From Candidatus Limnocylindria bacterium (GTDB lineage: Bacteria; Chloroflexota; Limnocylindria; P2-11E): DNA of 64,000 nt. Position numbers and translations under genes: made by a program. A model generated the notes under the pieces. It was given only the letters and a program-made list of their open reading frames with translations. It was not told the origin of the DNA and did no database searches. Each line of letters starts with the position of its first letter. The first letter of the stretch is position 1. Shown piece by piece: positions 48,603 to 58,253 of this stretch. The stretch lies in the NCBI GenBank assembly GCA_036570125.1, contig DATCPK010000161.1:4224-68223 (forward strand). Reading direction: 5' to 3'.

Positions 48603-49655
48603 TCACGCACCCGGGAAGTGACACGCGGCCCAGTGGCGAGTCTCGTGCTCGATGAACTCGGGGTCGACCTCCGAGCAGATCTGCTGAGCTTTCCAGCAGC
48701 GCGTGTGGAAGCGGCAGCCCGACGGCGGGTTCACCGGTGACGGCACGTCGCCGGTCAGGATGATCCGCTTGCGCTTCGACTCGATCGCCGGGTCCGGGAT
48801 CGGCACCGCGGAGAGCAGCGCCTGACTGTACGGATGGAGCGGGTGCTCGTAGAGGTCGACCCGGTCCGCGAGCTCGACGATCTTCCCGAGGTACATCACC
48901 GCGACGCGGTCGCTGATGTGCCGCACGACCGAGAGGTCGTGGGCGATGAACAGATACGTCAGCTTGAACCGGTCCTGGAGCTCCTCGAGAAGGTTGATGA
49001 CCTGCGCCTGGATGGACACGTCGAGCGCCGAGATCGGCTCGTCGCACACGATGAACTCCGGCTCGACCGCGAGCGCGCGGGCGATCCCGATGCGCTGACG
49101 CTGGCCCCCCGAGAACTCGTGTGGATAGCGGTTCGTGAAGTACGGGTTGAGACCGACGACGCGCAGGAGCTCCTGCACGCGCTCGGTCTTCTCCTTGCCC
49201 TTCGCCAGGTTATGGACCTCGAGCGGCTCGCCGATGATGTTTCCGACGGTCATACGCGGATTCAATGAGGCGTACGGATCCTGAAAGATCATCTGCATTC
49301 GGCGGCGCATCTTGCGCATCTGCTCGCCGCCCAGCTTCGTGAGCTCGACGCCGTCGAACTTCACCTCGCCTGCCGTCGGCTTGTAGAGCTGGAGGATCGC
49401 GCGTCCGGTCGTCGACTTGCCGCATCCGGATTCGCCGACCAAGCCGAGCGTTTCGCTCTTCTCGACGAAGAAGTCGATCCCGTCGACCGCCCGCACCGCG
49501 CCGACCTGGCGCTGGAAGATGATCCCCTGCGTCAGCGGGAAGTGCATCTTCAGCGCTTTGACGTCGAGGAGGTTCTTGCCGCTGTCGAAGGTCGCCGTGC
49601 TCCGGACGCGGACCATGTCCGGATCTTCCGGCCTCGCCGGTGTGTTTACGGCCAT
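48603..49655 (-). CDS. Peptide ABC transporter ATPase (DppF/OppF-like).
   Basis: Walker [10 protein letters not shown], signature FSGGQRQR, C-terminal oligopeptide-transporter extension. Confidence 0.9.
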   Translation of the reverse strand: MAVNTPARPEDPDMVRVRSTATFDSGKNLLDVKALKMHFPLTQGIIFQRQVGAVRAVDGIDFFVEKSETLGLVGESGCGKSTTGRAILQLYKPTAGEVKFDGVELTKLGGEQMRKMRRRMQMIFQDPYASLNPRMTVGNIIGEPLEVHNLAKGKEKTERVQELLRVVGLNPYFTNRYPHEFSGGQRQRIGIARALAVEPEFIVCDEPISALDVSIQAQVINLLEELQDRFKLTYLFIAHDLSVVRHISDRVAVMYLGKIVELADRVDLYEHPLHPYSQALLSAVPIPDPAIESKRKRIILTGDVPSPVNPPSGCRFHTRCWKAQQICSEVDPEFIEHETRHWAACHFPGA

Positions 49656-49666
49656 CTCTGCACCTC

Positions 49667-50785
49667 TTACACCGCCGCCGCTGGGGGCGGGACATCGCCG
49701 GGCTTGGGCTCGGGCGGAAGCTGCGCGACTTCCTGCTTGATCTCCTCGATGACACGCGTGTCACCGACCTCTTTGTGCCAATCCGTGTCGACGAGCCAGC
49801 CGCCCTGCTGCGTGCCCCAGCAGCGGGCCTCGTGGTCCGGCTTGGAGTTCGGGATGTGCTCGAGCTCCGGCTCCTTCTCCTTGCAGATGTCGCGGCGGTA
49901 CTGGCAGCGCGGCTCGAACCGGCAACCGGGTGGCGGCGCGATGAGGTCCGGCGGCAGGCCCTCGATCGGGACGAGCTTGGCCTTGCGGCGCTCGTCGAGG
50001 CGCGGGATGGAACGCAGCAGGCCCCACGTGTACGGCATCTTCGGATTCGCGAAGAGCTCGGCGGTGTCGGCCTTCTCCACGATCTTGCCGCCGTACATGA
50101 CGTGAATGCGCTGGGTCATGCCCGCGACGACGCCGAGGTCGTGCGTGATGAGGATGAACGCGGTCCGGAACTCGCGTGCGAGGTTCTTCAGAAGGTCCAA
50201 GATCTGCGCCTGGATCGTCACGTCGAGCGCGGTCGTCGGCTCGTCCGCGAGGATGAGCTTCGGATTGCACGAGAGCGCCATGGCGATCATGACGCGCTGA
50301 CGCATACCGCCGGAGAACTGGTGGGGGTAATCGTCCACACGCTTCTTGGCGCTGGGAATGCCGACGAGATCGAGGAGCTCGATGGTCCGCTTGCGCGCCT
50401 CGCTCTTGTCCATCTTGAGGTGCAGCTCGAGCGCTTCCGAGATCTGGCGGCTGATGGTGAGGACGGGGTTGAGGCTCGTCATGGGGTCCTGGAAGATCAT
50501 CGCGATGTTGTTGCCGCGGATCCCGCGCACTTCGTCGTCGTCCATCTTCAGGACGTCCGCACCATCGAACATGATCTTGCCCTTGACGATCTTGCCCGGC
50601 GGCTGCGGGATGAGACGCATGAGCGAGAGCGCGGTCACGGACTTGCCGCAGCCGGACTCGCCCACGATCCCCAGCGTTTCACCCGCCGCGACCTCGAACG
50701 AGACACCGTCGACCGCGCGGACGACACCGTCGCGCGTGAAGAACTGCGTGTGGAGGTCAGTGACCTCCAGAAGCTGCTGTGCCAC
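49667..50785 (-). CDS. Peptide ABC transporter ATPase (DppD/OppD-like).
   Basis: Walker [10 protein letters not shown], signature FSGGMRQR. Confidence 0.9.
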   Translation of the reverse strand: MAQQLLEVTDLHTQFFTRDGVVRAVDGVSFEVAAGETLGIVGESGCGKSVTALSLMRLIPQPPGKIVKGKIMFDGADVLKMDDDEVRGIRGNNIAMIFQDPMTSLNPVLTISRQISEALELHLKMDKSEARKRTIELLDLVGIPSAKKRVDDYPHQFSGGMRQRVMIAMALSCNPKLILADEPTTALDVTIQAQILDLLKNLAREFRTAFILITHDLGVVAGMTQRIHVMYGGKIVEKADTAELFANPKMPYTWGLLRSIPRLDERRKAKLVPIEGLPPDLIAPPPGCRFEPRCQYRRDICKEKEPELEHIPNSKPDHEARCWGTQQGGWLVDTDWHKEVGDTRVIEEIKQEVAQLPPEPKPGDVPPPAAAV

Positions 50786-50839
50786 CCGGTCTCCCCCTAG
50801 CCCCGCTTGAGTTCCGCGGAGTCTATCAACGGCACGTCA

Positions 50840-51802
50840 TCACATCTTGGACCGCGGATCGAGCGCGTCCCGGAGCCCGTCCCCGACGAACGTGAACGCC
50901 AGCAGGACGATCGAAATGCAGAGCGAGGGAAGAAGCACGGGCCACGGGGTCGTCGAAAAGACGACGAATCCCTCGTTGATCATGACCCCCCAGGTCGGGG
51001 TCGGCGGCCGGATGCCGATACCCAGGAACGAGAGCACGGCTTCGGTCAGCATGGCGCCGGGTATCGCAAAGGCCGCCGTCACGATGACCGGCGCGAGGAT
51101 GTTCGGGAAGATGTGCTTTCGCATGATCCGGCCCGGCCCGGCGCCGATCGATCGAGCCGCCTCGACGAACTCGCGGTTCTTCGTTGCGAGAACTTGCCCG
51201 CGGACAAGTCGGGCCACCCCGACCCAGTTCACGACCGCGATCCCGACGAAGATGATGAGAAGTCCGTCGAACGCTTCGCCGAGACCCGTCCCGCGGAGGG
51301 TCGCCACGATGATGATGACGAACAGCAGGTCCGGGAAGGCGTAGACGACGTCGGTCACTCGCATGAGGACGTCATCGACGACGCCGCCGACATACCCGGC
51401 GAGCATCCCGACGCTTATCCCGATGAAGAGCACGATCGAGACCGGTACGAAGCCGATGATCAGGCTCACTCGCGAGGAATATATGAGGCGGCTCAGAATG
51501 TCACGACCCAGCTCGTCGGAGCCGAAGATGTAAGCGGGATCGGTGAACTTGCTGCCGAAGAACTTCGTCCAGATGGGCTCCATGAGCTGCTTCGGTCCGT
51601 TCTGCGCGAGCGGGTCGTAGGGCGCGAGCACCGAGGCGAAGATCGCGACCAGCGCCGCTAGTGCGATCACGACGAGACCCACAAGCGCGGCGCGGTTTCG
51701 GATCAGCCGGTAGACCGCGTCGCCCCAGAGCGAGCGCTGCTTGCGCGAGATGACATTCAGGTCCGCGGCGGGCTTGTCCTGCGCCGTTACTGCCGTTGCC
51801 AT
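50840..51802 (-). CDS. Peptide ABC transporter permease (DppC-like).
   Basis: BPD_transp_1 fold with an N-terminal OppC-type region. Confidence 0.9.
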   Translation of the reverse strand: MATAVTAQDKPAADLNVISRKQRSLWGDAVYRLIRNRAALVGLVVIALAALVAIFASVLAPYDPLAQNGPKQLMEPIWTKFFGSKFTDPAYIFGSDELGRDILSRLIYSSRVSLIIGFVPVSIVLFIGISVGMLAGYVGGVVDDVLMRVTDVVYAFPDLLFVIIIVATLRGTGLGEAFDGLLIIFVGIAVVNWVGVARLVRGQVLATKNREFVEAARSIGAGPGRIMRKHIFPNILAPVIVTAAFAIPGAMLTEAVLSFLGIGIRPPTPTWGVMINEGFVVFSTTPWPVLLPSLCISIVLLAFTFVGDGLRDALDPRSKM

Positions 51803-52722
51803 CAGCGCACCTTGATCCGCGGATCGAGGACGCCGTACATGATGTCGACGGTGAGGTTGGCGATCATGATCAGGAACGCGTAGAGCAGCGTGGTCGCCAT
51901 GATCGTCGGGTAATCCCGCTGACCGATGCTGATGATGTACAACCGCCCCATCCCGGGGACGTTGAAGAGCGACTCGATGATGAAGGACCCGGTGATCAGG
52001 CCGGCCGTCGCCGGGCCGATGATGGTCGCGACCGGGATGAGCGCGTTCTTCAAAGCGTGACCGACGATCACGGCGCGCTCAGGTAGCCCTTTGCTCCGCG
52101 CCGTCCGGACATAGTCCTGCCGGATCGCCTCGAGCATGCTGGCTCGGGTGATTCGTGTGAGAAAGCCCCCAGCGCCGAGACTCAGGACGAAGATCGGCAT
52201 GACCATGTGTTGCCAGCTTCCCCACCCTACGAACGGCAGCAAATGGAGCGAGACGCCGAAGATGTAGATGAGGAAGATGGCGATGACGAACCCGGGGATG
52301 GTCGTGCCGATGGTCGCGACGAGCATGCTGAGGTAGTCGACGATGGTGTTCTGCTTCAGGGCGCTCACGATCCCGAGCGGGATCGAGAACGCGAGCGCGA
52401 GTGCCAGCGCGCCAACGCCGAGCTGGAATGTCGTGCCGATCCCCTGGCCGATGATTTCCACGACCGGACGTTGACGGGTGAAGCTCGTGCCGAGGTCGCC
52501 CTTCAAAAGATTGCCCATATAGGTCACGAACTGCTCTGGGATCGGCTTGTCGACCCCGTAATAGCGATTGATCCGGTCGATCGTCTCCTGTGTCATAGGG
52601 CGGTTCGCGTTGCGGTCGAACGGACTGCCGGGCGCCATGTGCGCGAGCGAGAAGGTGATCAGCGCCACGAAAAACATCGTGGGGATGATCAATAGGAGTC
52701 GGCGAATTACGTACCTAAGCAC
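51802..52722 (-). CDS. Peptide ABC transporter permease (DppB-like).
   Basis: N-terminus MLRYVIRRLLLIIPTMFFVALITF. Confidence 0.9.
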   Translation of the reverse strand: MLRYVIRRLLLIIPTMFFVALITFSLAHMAPGSPFDRNANRPMTQETIDRINRYYGVDKPIPEQFVTYMGNLLKGDLGTSFTRQRPVVEIIGQGIGTTFQLGVGALALALAFSIPLGIVSALKQNTIVDYLSMLVATIGTTIPGFVIAIFLIYIFGVSLHLLPFVGWGSWQHMVMPIFVLSLGAGGFLTRITRASMLEAIRQDYVRTARSKGLPERAVIVGHALKNALIPVATIIGPATAGLITGSFIIESLFNVPGMGRLYIISIGQRDYPTIMATTLLYAFLIMIANLTVDIMYGVLDPRIKVR

Positions 52723-52757
52723 TACGCACTGGTCTCGAAGCGAGTGTATAACGCGAC

Positions 52758-52812
52758 GCTTTCGGAATGCGTCGCCCGAAACAGACGGGGCCGGCTCTCG
52801 CCGGCCCCCTCA
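52758..52812 (-). terminator. Two hairpins between the SBP gene and the permease genes; candidate intra-operon attenuator or terminator.
   Basis: 9-bp stem GGGGCCGGC-tctc-GCCGGCCCC followed on the RNA by GUCUGUUUC. Second hairpin GACGC...GCGTC. Confidence 0.4.
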
Positions 52813-52834
52813 TTGCGACTCGCGCGCGCGATCG

Positions 52835-54523
52835 CTAGCTCTTCTTGGTCACGTAGGGATCGGTCCAGCGTGCTTCCTCGAAGCCAAGTGAGGTCAGGTA
52901 GAAGTTCTTGACCCAGGGCTTCTCGAGTACCGGGTTCGCGTCGTAGTAGATCCACGCGGCCGGCGCGTCCTGTGAGAGGAGGCGCGAGGCCTGCTGGTAC
53001 AGGTCGTCGCGCTTCTTCGGGTCGGGTTCCTTGTCTGCGTTGGTCACGAGCTGGTCGAATTGGGGATTCTTGTACCCGATCTGCGTCACCGTTGACTGCG
53101 AGCTGAAGACGGTCGTCAGCCAGTCCTGCTGGTCGTAGTAGTCGGCGCACCAGCCGAGAAGAAACAGGGCCGGCGTCGTGTCCGCTTTCTTGACGAGCTG
53201 CGTGTAGGTGGTGGAGTCGACCGGGTCGAGGCCGACGTTGAGGCCGAGGTTGGTCTTCCATTGATTCTGGAACCATTCGAGACGCGTCTTATTGCGCGCG
53301 CTCGATGCATACGTGATCTTGACTCCCGCGAGCGCTGCCTGCGCCGCCGGAGTGGCCTGAGCGAGCGCGGCCTTCGCCGCAGTCGCGTCGAACTTCTGGA
53401 AGGTGTCACCGGCGTCGTAGCCCGGGATGCCCGGCGTTATGAACGCCAGCGCCGGCTTGCCGATCTTGGCGATGTCATTGATGTAGGCGTCGCGGTCGAA
53501 CGACTTGGCGAAAGCGACGCGAACGTTCTTGTCGGTGAACGGATCCTTCTTCGTGTTGAAGCCGATGTAGAACGTGCACTGGCCCGGGCCTTCGACGCGC
53601 TGGGACTTGAGGTCCGCGTCGGCGTCGATCGTGCGAAGGTCCTCTGCCGCGATGCCGTAGACGTCCAGCTCGTTATTGCGGTACGCCGCGAACGCGACGG
53701 CACCTTCGTTGATCATGACCTGGGTCCACTTCGCGAGCTTGGGCGTCGCGCCCGACGCTGTCTTGAAGTTCGGGTTACGGGTGAAAACCATCTTCTCGTT
53801 GTGCTTCCACTCGCTAAGAATGAATGGACCGTTGCCGATGAACGTGGCCGGCTCGGTCCACTTCTCGGCGCCCTTGGTGACCATGTCTTCGCGAGCGGGA
53901 ACGCCCACCCAGAGCGCCGCGATCGAGTTGAAGTACGGCGCCTGGTCGGTGAGCGTGAACGAGATGTCGTTCCCGTTGACCTTGATGTTGTTCAGGAAGT
54001 TGGTCTTCGCTGCCGCGAGCTTCGCGGGATCGTCCTTCTTCGGATCCATGCCGTTCCACTCGCCGCATCCGGCCACGATGTAGCCGGTGAATGCGTAACC
54101 GCCGGCGGTGGCCGGGTCGCAGAGCCGCTGCCAACCGTACTTGAAGTCGTTGGCCGTGAGGGCCTTGCCGTCCGAGTACTTGAGCCCGTCGCGGAGCGTA
54201 TAGGTGTACGTCTTGCCGTCGGCGCTGACCTTCGGCTGGTCCTTCGCCGCCGCGGGGATCGGCTTACCGGTCTTGACGTCGAAGGTCATTAAAGCCTCGA
54301 AGACCTTCATGTTCACGCCGATCTCCTGCACGAACTGGGACTGCTGGGGGTCGATGTTGTCGGGTTCAGCGCCCATGTTCGTGACGAGCTCTCCGTTGGG
54401 GTCCGCCTCACCTCCGCCGCTGGCGTTTGGTCCGCCGCCCTGCTGTGTGCAGGCACCGACGACCATCGCCAGGAGCGTCATGAGCGATAAGAGTGGCCAG
54501 ACGCGATTGCGAGCTTGGGTCAA
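52835..54523 (-). CDS. ABC transporter substrate-binding lipoprotein, family 5.
   Basis: TTG start with GGGAGG 7 nt upstream. Lipobox LLAMVVGACTQ. Confidence 0.85.
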   Translation of the reverse strand: MTQARNRVWPLLSLMTLLAMVVGACTQQGGGPNASGGGEADPNGELVTNMGAEPDNIDPQQSQFVQEIGVNMKVFEALMTFDVKTGKPIPAAAKDQPKVSADGKTYTYTLRDGLKYSDGKALTANDFKYGWQRLCDPATAGGYAFTGYIVAGCGEWNGMDPKKDDPAKLAAAKTNFLNNIKVNGNDISFTLTDQAPYFNSIAALWVGVPAREDMVTKGAEKWTEPATFIGNGPFILSEWKHNEKMVFTRNPNFKTASGATPKLAKWTQVMINEGAVAFAAYRNNELDVYGIAAEDLRTIDADADLKSQRVEGPGQCTFYIGFNTKKDPFTDKNVRVAFAKSFDRDAYINDIAKIGKPALAFITPGIPGYDAGDTFQKFDATAAKAALAQATPAAQAALAGVKITYASSARNKTRLEWFQNQWKTNLGLNVGLDPVDSTTYTQLVKKADTTPALFLLGWCADYYDQQDWLTTVFSSQSTVTQIGYKNPQFDQLVTNADKEPDPKKRDDLYQQASRLLSQDAPAAWIYYDANPVLEKPWVKNFYLTSLGFEEARWTDPYVTKKS

Positions 54524-54603
54524 AATTTCGCCTCCCTGTCCTTTTTATTCGGGTATGACGCGATTCTGGGCCATTCTTTGTACCGTCGCCACCCCGCCCC
54601 GGT

Positions 54604-56274
54604 TCAGCGGACCGAAAAACTCCACTCGAAGGCGTTCCACGACAGTGCCGAACCTGATGGAGTAGGTTGAATTCCGGCGAGGGTTTGCGGCGCGACGTCG
54701 ACTCGTAGCTCCTGATAGAGCGGGAGCGCGGGTAGCGCGATCGTCCATATCCGCTCCATCTCGGCGTAGATCGCGCGCTTCTCGGCGCGATCCGGCGCCT
54801 GGGCCGCGAGGCCCGCGAGCGCGTCGAACCACGGGTCGACAAGACCGGCCCATCGGTCCGACGCAAGCTGTGGGTCGGCCGCCTCCTCTGATGTGAGGGC
54901 CAGATCGAACTGGCCGCCGCGTACCTCGTTCAATAGGTCCGCCAGCGGTCGTTCGCGCACCTCGACGGCGATCCCGATCGCCGCGAGATCGCCGGCGACC
55001 CTTCGCGCGACGTCGATGCGCGCCTGCGAGCCGGCGGCGACGCCGAGTGTCGCGGTCATGCGCTCGCCCGCGCGTTCCACGATGCCGAACTCACCTTTGG
55101 TGAATCCGGCTTCAGCCAGAAGAGCGCGCGCGCGATCACGATCCGGTCGCGCAGCAGGCACGTCCTCGGCCGCGGCCCACTGCGGTGGAAGGAGATAGGT
55201 GCGCGGCACACGCGCTCGACCGACGAACACATCGTCGACGATCGACTGACGGTCCACGGTGAGCTCGATGGCCTTTCGGACGAGAGGATCGCCGAAACGT
55301 TTCGGATCGGATCCGAAGCGAAGAAGCGTCCCCGTCTCGGTCGGGACGTAGTGGGCGAGAAGATGCGTGCCGTCGGCGAACCGGTCGAGGGTCTTCGCGA
55401 GATCGGCCTCGAGCACCGGCCAGGGCGCGATGTCGACGTCGCCGCGCAAGAGGGCTTGCAGGGCGGCCGCGCGAGTGGCGAAGAAGCGGATCTCGAGCCG
55501 GCCGAGCTTCGGCGCTCCGAGGACATAGCCAGGGTACGCGGAGAGGGTGATGCTCCCGGGGAGCCAGGCCGCGATCGCGAAGGCACCCGCGTGGACCGGC
55601 TCGCGTCCGTACGCGGCGCGCTGCTCAGCCGTCGCCTGCGCCAGACGCAGGCTCGGCATCACGTGAGGACCGAGTGCGTAATCGTCCCATCGCTCGCCGT
55701 TCCGGTAGCGAACGCGAACGTCGCGCACACCGAGCACCTCTACGTCGGAGATACGGTCCGCGTACCAGCGCGCGAGCGTGCCGGGCGCCGCCGCCTGATC
55801 TTGCTGCCACGCGAACCGAACGTCCGCGGCGGTGATCGGGACTCCGTCCTGCCACTTCGCGTCGCGCAATCGGAACGTCGCGACGAGGCGGCCATCCGGC
55901 GCGTCGGCGTCGTCGGTCACGACGCGCAGGCCGCCGTTCTCCAACGTCGGGACCGACTCGGCGAGTCGCGGGACGAGCTCGTCGTGCGCGTCTCGGCGCA
56001 CGAGCGTTTCGGTGACCGCGGCGGCGATGAAGCGCGCGGACGGATCGTCGTCAAAGACGCTGCGCGGCTCGCCGACGAGGCCAACGACGACGTCACGTCG
56101 CGTCGGCGGCGTCGAGGCGCATGCCGTGATCAGGCCAACGACGATCACGAGCACGAGGGAAAGGGCGGCGCGCGGGGTCAGATCAGCGCGGTGAGGCGCT
56201 CGGTCCCTGCGAGTACTCGACGGGGTCGTAATCGAAGCGGCCGCCCATCGGAAGACGCGTGGGGTCCGAGACAT
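54604..56274 (-). CDS. ABC transporter substrate-binding lipoprotein, family 5.
   Basis: SBP_bac_5 architecture. Lipobox VGLITACAS. Start uncertain. Confidence 0.8.
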   Translation of the reverse strand: MSRTPRVFRWAAASITTPSSTRRDRAPHRADLTPRAALSLVLVIVVGLITACASTPPTRRDVVVGLVGEPRSVFDDDPSARFIAAAVTETLVRRDAHDELVPRLAESVPTLENGGLRVVTDDADAPDGRLVATFRLRDAKWQDGVPITAADVRFAWQQDQAAAPGTLARWYADRISDVEVLGVRDVRVRYRNGERWDDYALGPHVMPSLRLAQATAEQRAAYGREPVHAGAFAIAAWLPGSITLSAYPGYVLGAPKLGRLEIRFFATRAAALQALLRGDVDIAPWPVLEADLAKTLDRFADGTHLLAHYVPTETGTLLRFGSDPKRFGDPLVRKAIELTVDRQSIVDDVFVGRARVPRTYLLPPQWAAAEDVPAARPDRDRARALLAEAGFTKGEFGIVERAGERMTATLGVAAGSQARIDVARRVAGDLAAIGIAVEVRERPLADLLNEVRGGQFDLALTSEEAADPQLASDRWAGLVDPWFDALAGLAAQAPDRAEKRAIYAEMERIWTIALPALPLYQELRVDVAPQTLAGIQPTPSGSALSWNAFEWSFSVR

Positions 56275-56758
56275 TCGAGGAAGCATCGGCCTTGACGAGT
56301 CTGAGCCAACGGACGTAATCGATGTCGCCGAAAGGCGGCTGAGCGCGGAAATACTCCTGAACGACCGAGTGCGTCGGCGTGAGCGAGGTCGACTGGCGCG
56401 TCCCCGGATCCAGCGACGACCCGACCGCGAAGAGCGTCACCCCGACCATGACCGAGATCTCCGCCAGACGTCCGAAGAAACGCGGCGCGCGGAGCCACGG
56501 ATTCGTCTTCGCGGCGCTTCTCGGACCGACCGCAAGGCGAACGCGGCCGGGCGCGATGATCGTCCGGCGCTCTCGCAGCGGAGCAAAGGCGCCGCGAAGA
56601 GCGAGGTCGACGGGTCGAGCGTTGCGCAGCACGTCGGCGCACTCGGCGCACGACGTGGCGTGCGCCTCGAGCGCGATCCGCTCGCGCGCACTCAGCCGGT
56701 CGGCAGCGACCAGGTACGCGGCCTGACGAGATTCACATCCGTGCGAGAAGAGCCTCAT
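56183..56758 (-). CDS. Anti-sigma factor with zinc-finger motif and one TM helix.
   Basis: HATSCAECADVL (HxxxCxxC). TM helix ISVMVGVTLFAVG. ATGA overlap with the sigma gene. Confidence 0.7.
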   Translation of the reverse strand: MRLFSHGCESRQAAYLVAADRLSARERIALEAHATSCAECADVLRNARPVDLALRGAFAPLRERRTIIAPGRVRLAVGPRSAAKTNPWLRAPRFFGRLAEISVMVGVTLFAVGSSLDPGTRQSTSLTPTHSVVQEYFRAQPPFGDIDYVRWLRLVKADASSNVSDPTRLPMGGRFDYDPVEYSQGPSASPR

Positions 56759-57420
56759 TCGCCCTCGATGGGCACAGGTGCCGTGATCGGCTTGGGTGCC
56801 CGAAGTCCAGTAGCGATAAGCGGGCGGCTCGGTTCGATGCCCAGCTCGGGGTGTGCCGCAAGATGCGTTCGAAGACGGCGGAGCGCGTAGTGCAGACGGG
56901 ATTTCACCGTTCCCACCGGACAGCCGACGATCTCCGCGATCTCGGTGAGGTTCAGACCGTTCAGGTAGTGCAGCACCACCACGAGCCGGTGCTTGGCCCC
57001 GAGCTCGTCGACAGCCCCGAGAACGAACCTTCGGAGCTCCGCCTGCTCGGCGACGCGCGAGGGCGAACCTTCCTCGTTCGCCGTGGCTTCGTCGACGGCG
57101 TCGTCGAGAGAGGAGAGGACGATGCCTTTCCGGGGGCGCCGGTTGTATGACAGGTTGACCGCGACGCGATACAGCCAGGGACGCAGCGAAGCATCGGGCT
57201 CGAGGCGGGCGAGCGCGCGGTGCGCCCGGGCGAACGTGTCGACGACGATCTCTTCCGCGGCGGACGGATCCTTCGTGATCGCGAGACCGAGACGGAAGAT
57301 CCCGTCGCGGTACCGGTAAAAGAGCGCGTCGAACGCGAGCGTGTCCCCATCGCGCGCGGCGTACACGAGATCGTGGTCGCTTCGGATGTCGCCTGCCGCC
57401 GGGTCGCGCTGGGTCTTCAT
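56755..57420 (-). CDS. ECF-type RNA polymerase sigma-70 factor.
   Basis: Region 2 (RPWLYRVAVN) and region 4 (LTEIAEIVGCPVGTVKSRLHYAL). Confidence 0.9.
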   Translation of the reverse strand: MKTQRDPAAGDIRSDHDLVYAARDGDTLAFDALFYRYRDGIFRLGLAITKDPSAAEEIVVDTFARAHRALARLEPDASLRPWLYRVAVNLSYNRRPRKGIVLSSLDDAVDEATANEEGSPSRVAEQAELRRFVLGAVDELGAKHRLVVVLHYLNGLNLTEIAEIVGCPVGTVKSRLHYALRRLRTHLAAHPELGIEPSRPLIATGLRAPKPITAPVPIEGE

Positions 57421-58253
57421 GAGGCGGAGACATCCGGAAGGTAGCGGCGGATCCCGAGAAGGTTGCGGTCGCCGCCGAGCCGGCTGTGCTCGACCACGCC
57501 GCCTTTCATCGGGGCGTGGATGAACTCGCTGGCGCTCGTGGCGAGCGCGACGTGGGTAACCCCCTGGGCTCCGAAGAACATGAGGTCGCCTGCTCGCGCC
57601 TCTTCCACCCTTCGGCCGAGCATGGCCTGTTGATCCGCGTCCCGCGGCAGGGCCACCCGGTTAAGACGGTACACCTGCTGAACGAGTCCGGAACAGTCCA
57701 AACCTAGTGCCGTAGTACCGCCCCACATGTACGGAACGCCGATGAACGATTCCGCGGTTTTCAGGTAGTCATCGGCGGTCGGGTACCGGTGTGGCAGCTG
57801 GCGAACGTCGACGAGGTCGGCCAGAGCGACGAACCCCGTGCGCCACCCCGGTCCGATGTGGATCTCGCGCCAGCCATCGGGGCTCGCCACGTTCGGCGGC
57901 ACGTTCGTCCCGGCCGGCAGCCGCGCGATCACCTCGGCTTCCGGCCGCGGCGCGCCTCGGACGTCGCACAGAACCACAGCGACCACGTGGCTCTCGACGT
58001 ACCCCGTGAACACGACCAGGTCGTCGAGGTGGAGCCAGCCGAAGTATTGATCGGCGCCCTGAACGTACCGCCAATCGTCGCGTTCGCCGAGCACCGTGAC
58101 GTCCTCTCCGTAGTGCGCCTGATCGACCAGCTCCGAATCCGCAGAAGGCGTCACGCGCACGTCGGCAAGGTCGCGCCGCACGATGGCCGCCTGCGGCCAG
58201 ACCATCGCGACGCGGGTCGAGGCCCGAACTACGTCGGCCGCTCTCGATGCCAT
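57417..58253 (-). CDS. NlpC/P60 (C40) cell-wall peptidase with an N-terminal SH3-like region.
   Basis: YMWGGTTALGLDCSGLVQQVY catalytic Cys region; His later (VTHVALA). Confidence 0.8.
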   Translation of the reverse strand: MASRAADVVRASTRVAMVWPQAAIVRRDLADVRVTPSADSELVDQAHYGEDVTVLGERDDWRYVQGADQYFGWLHLDDLVVFTGYVESHVVAVVLCDVRGAPRPEAEVIARLPAGTNVPPNVASPDGWREIHIGPGWRTGFVALADLVDVRQLPHRYPTADDYLKTAESFIGVPYMWGGTTALGLDCSGLVQQVYRLNRVALPRDADQQAMLGRRVEEARAGDLMFFGAQGVTHVALATSASEFIHAPMKGGVVEHSRLGGDRNLLGIRRYLPDVSAS

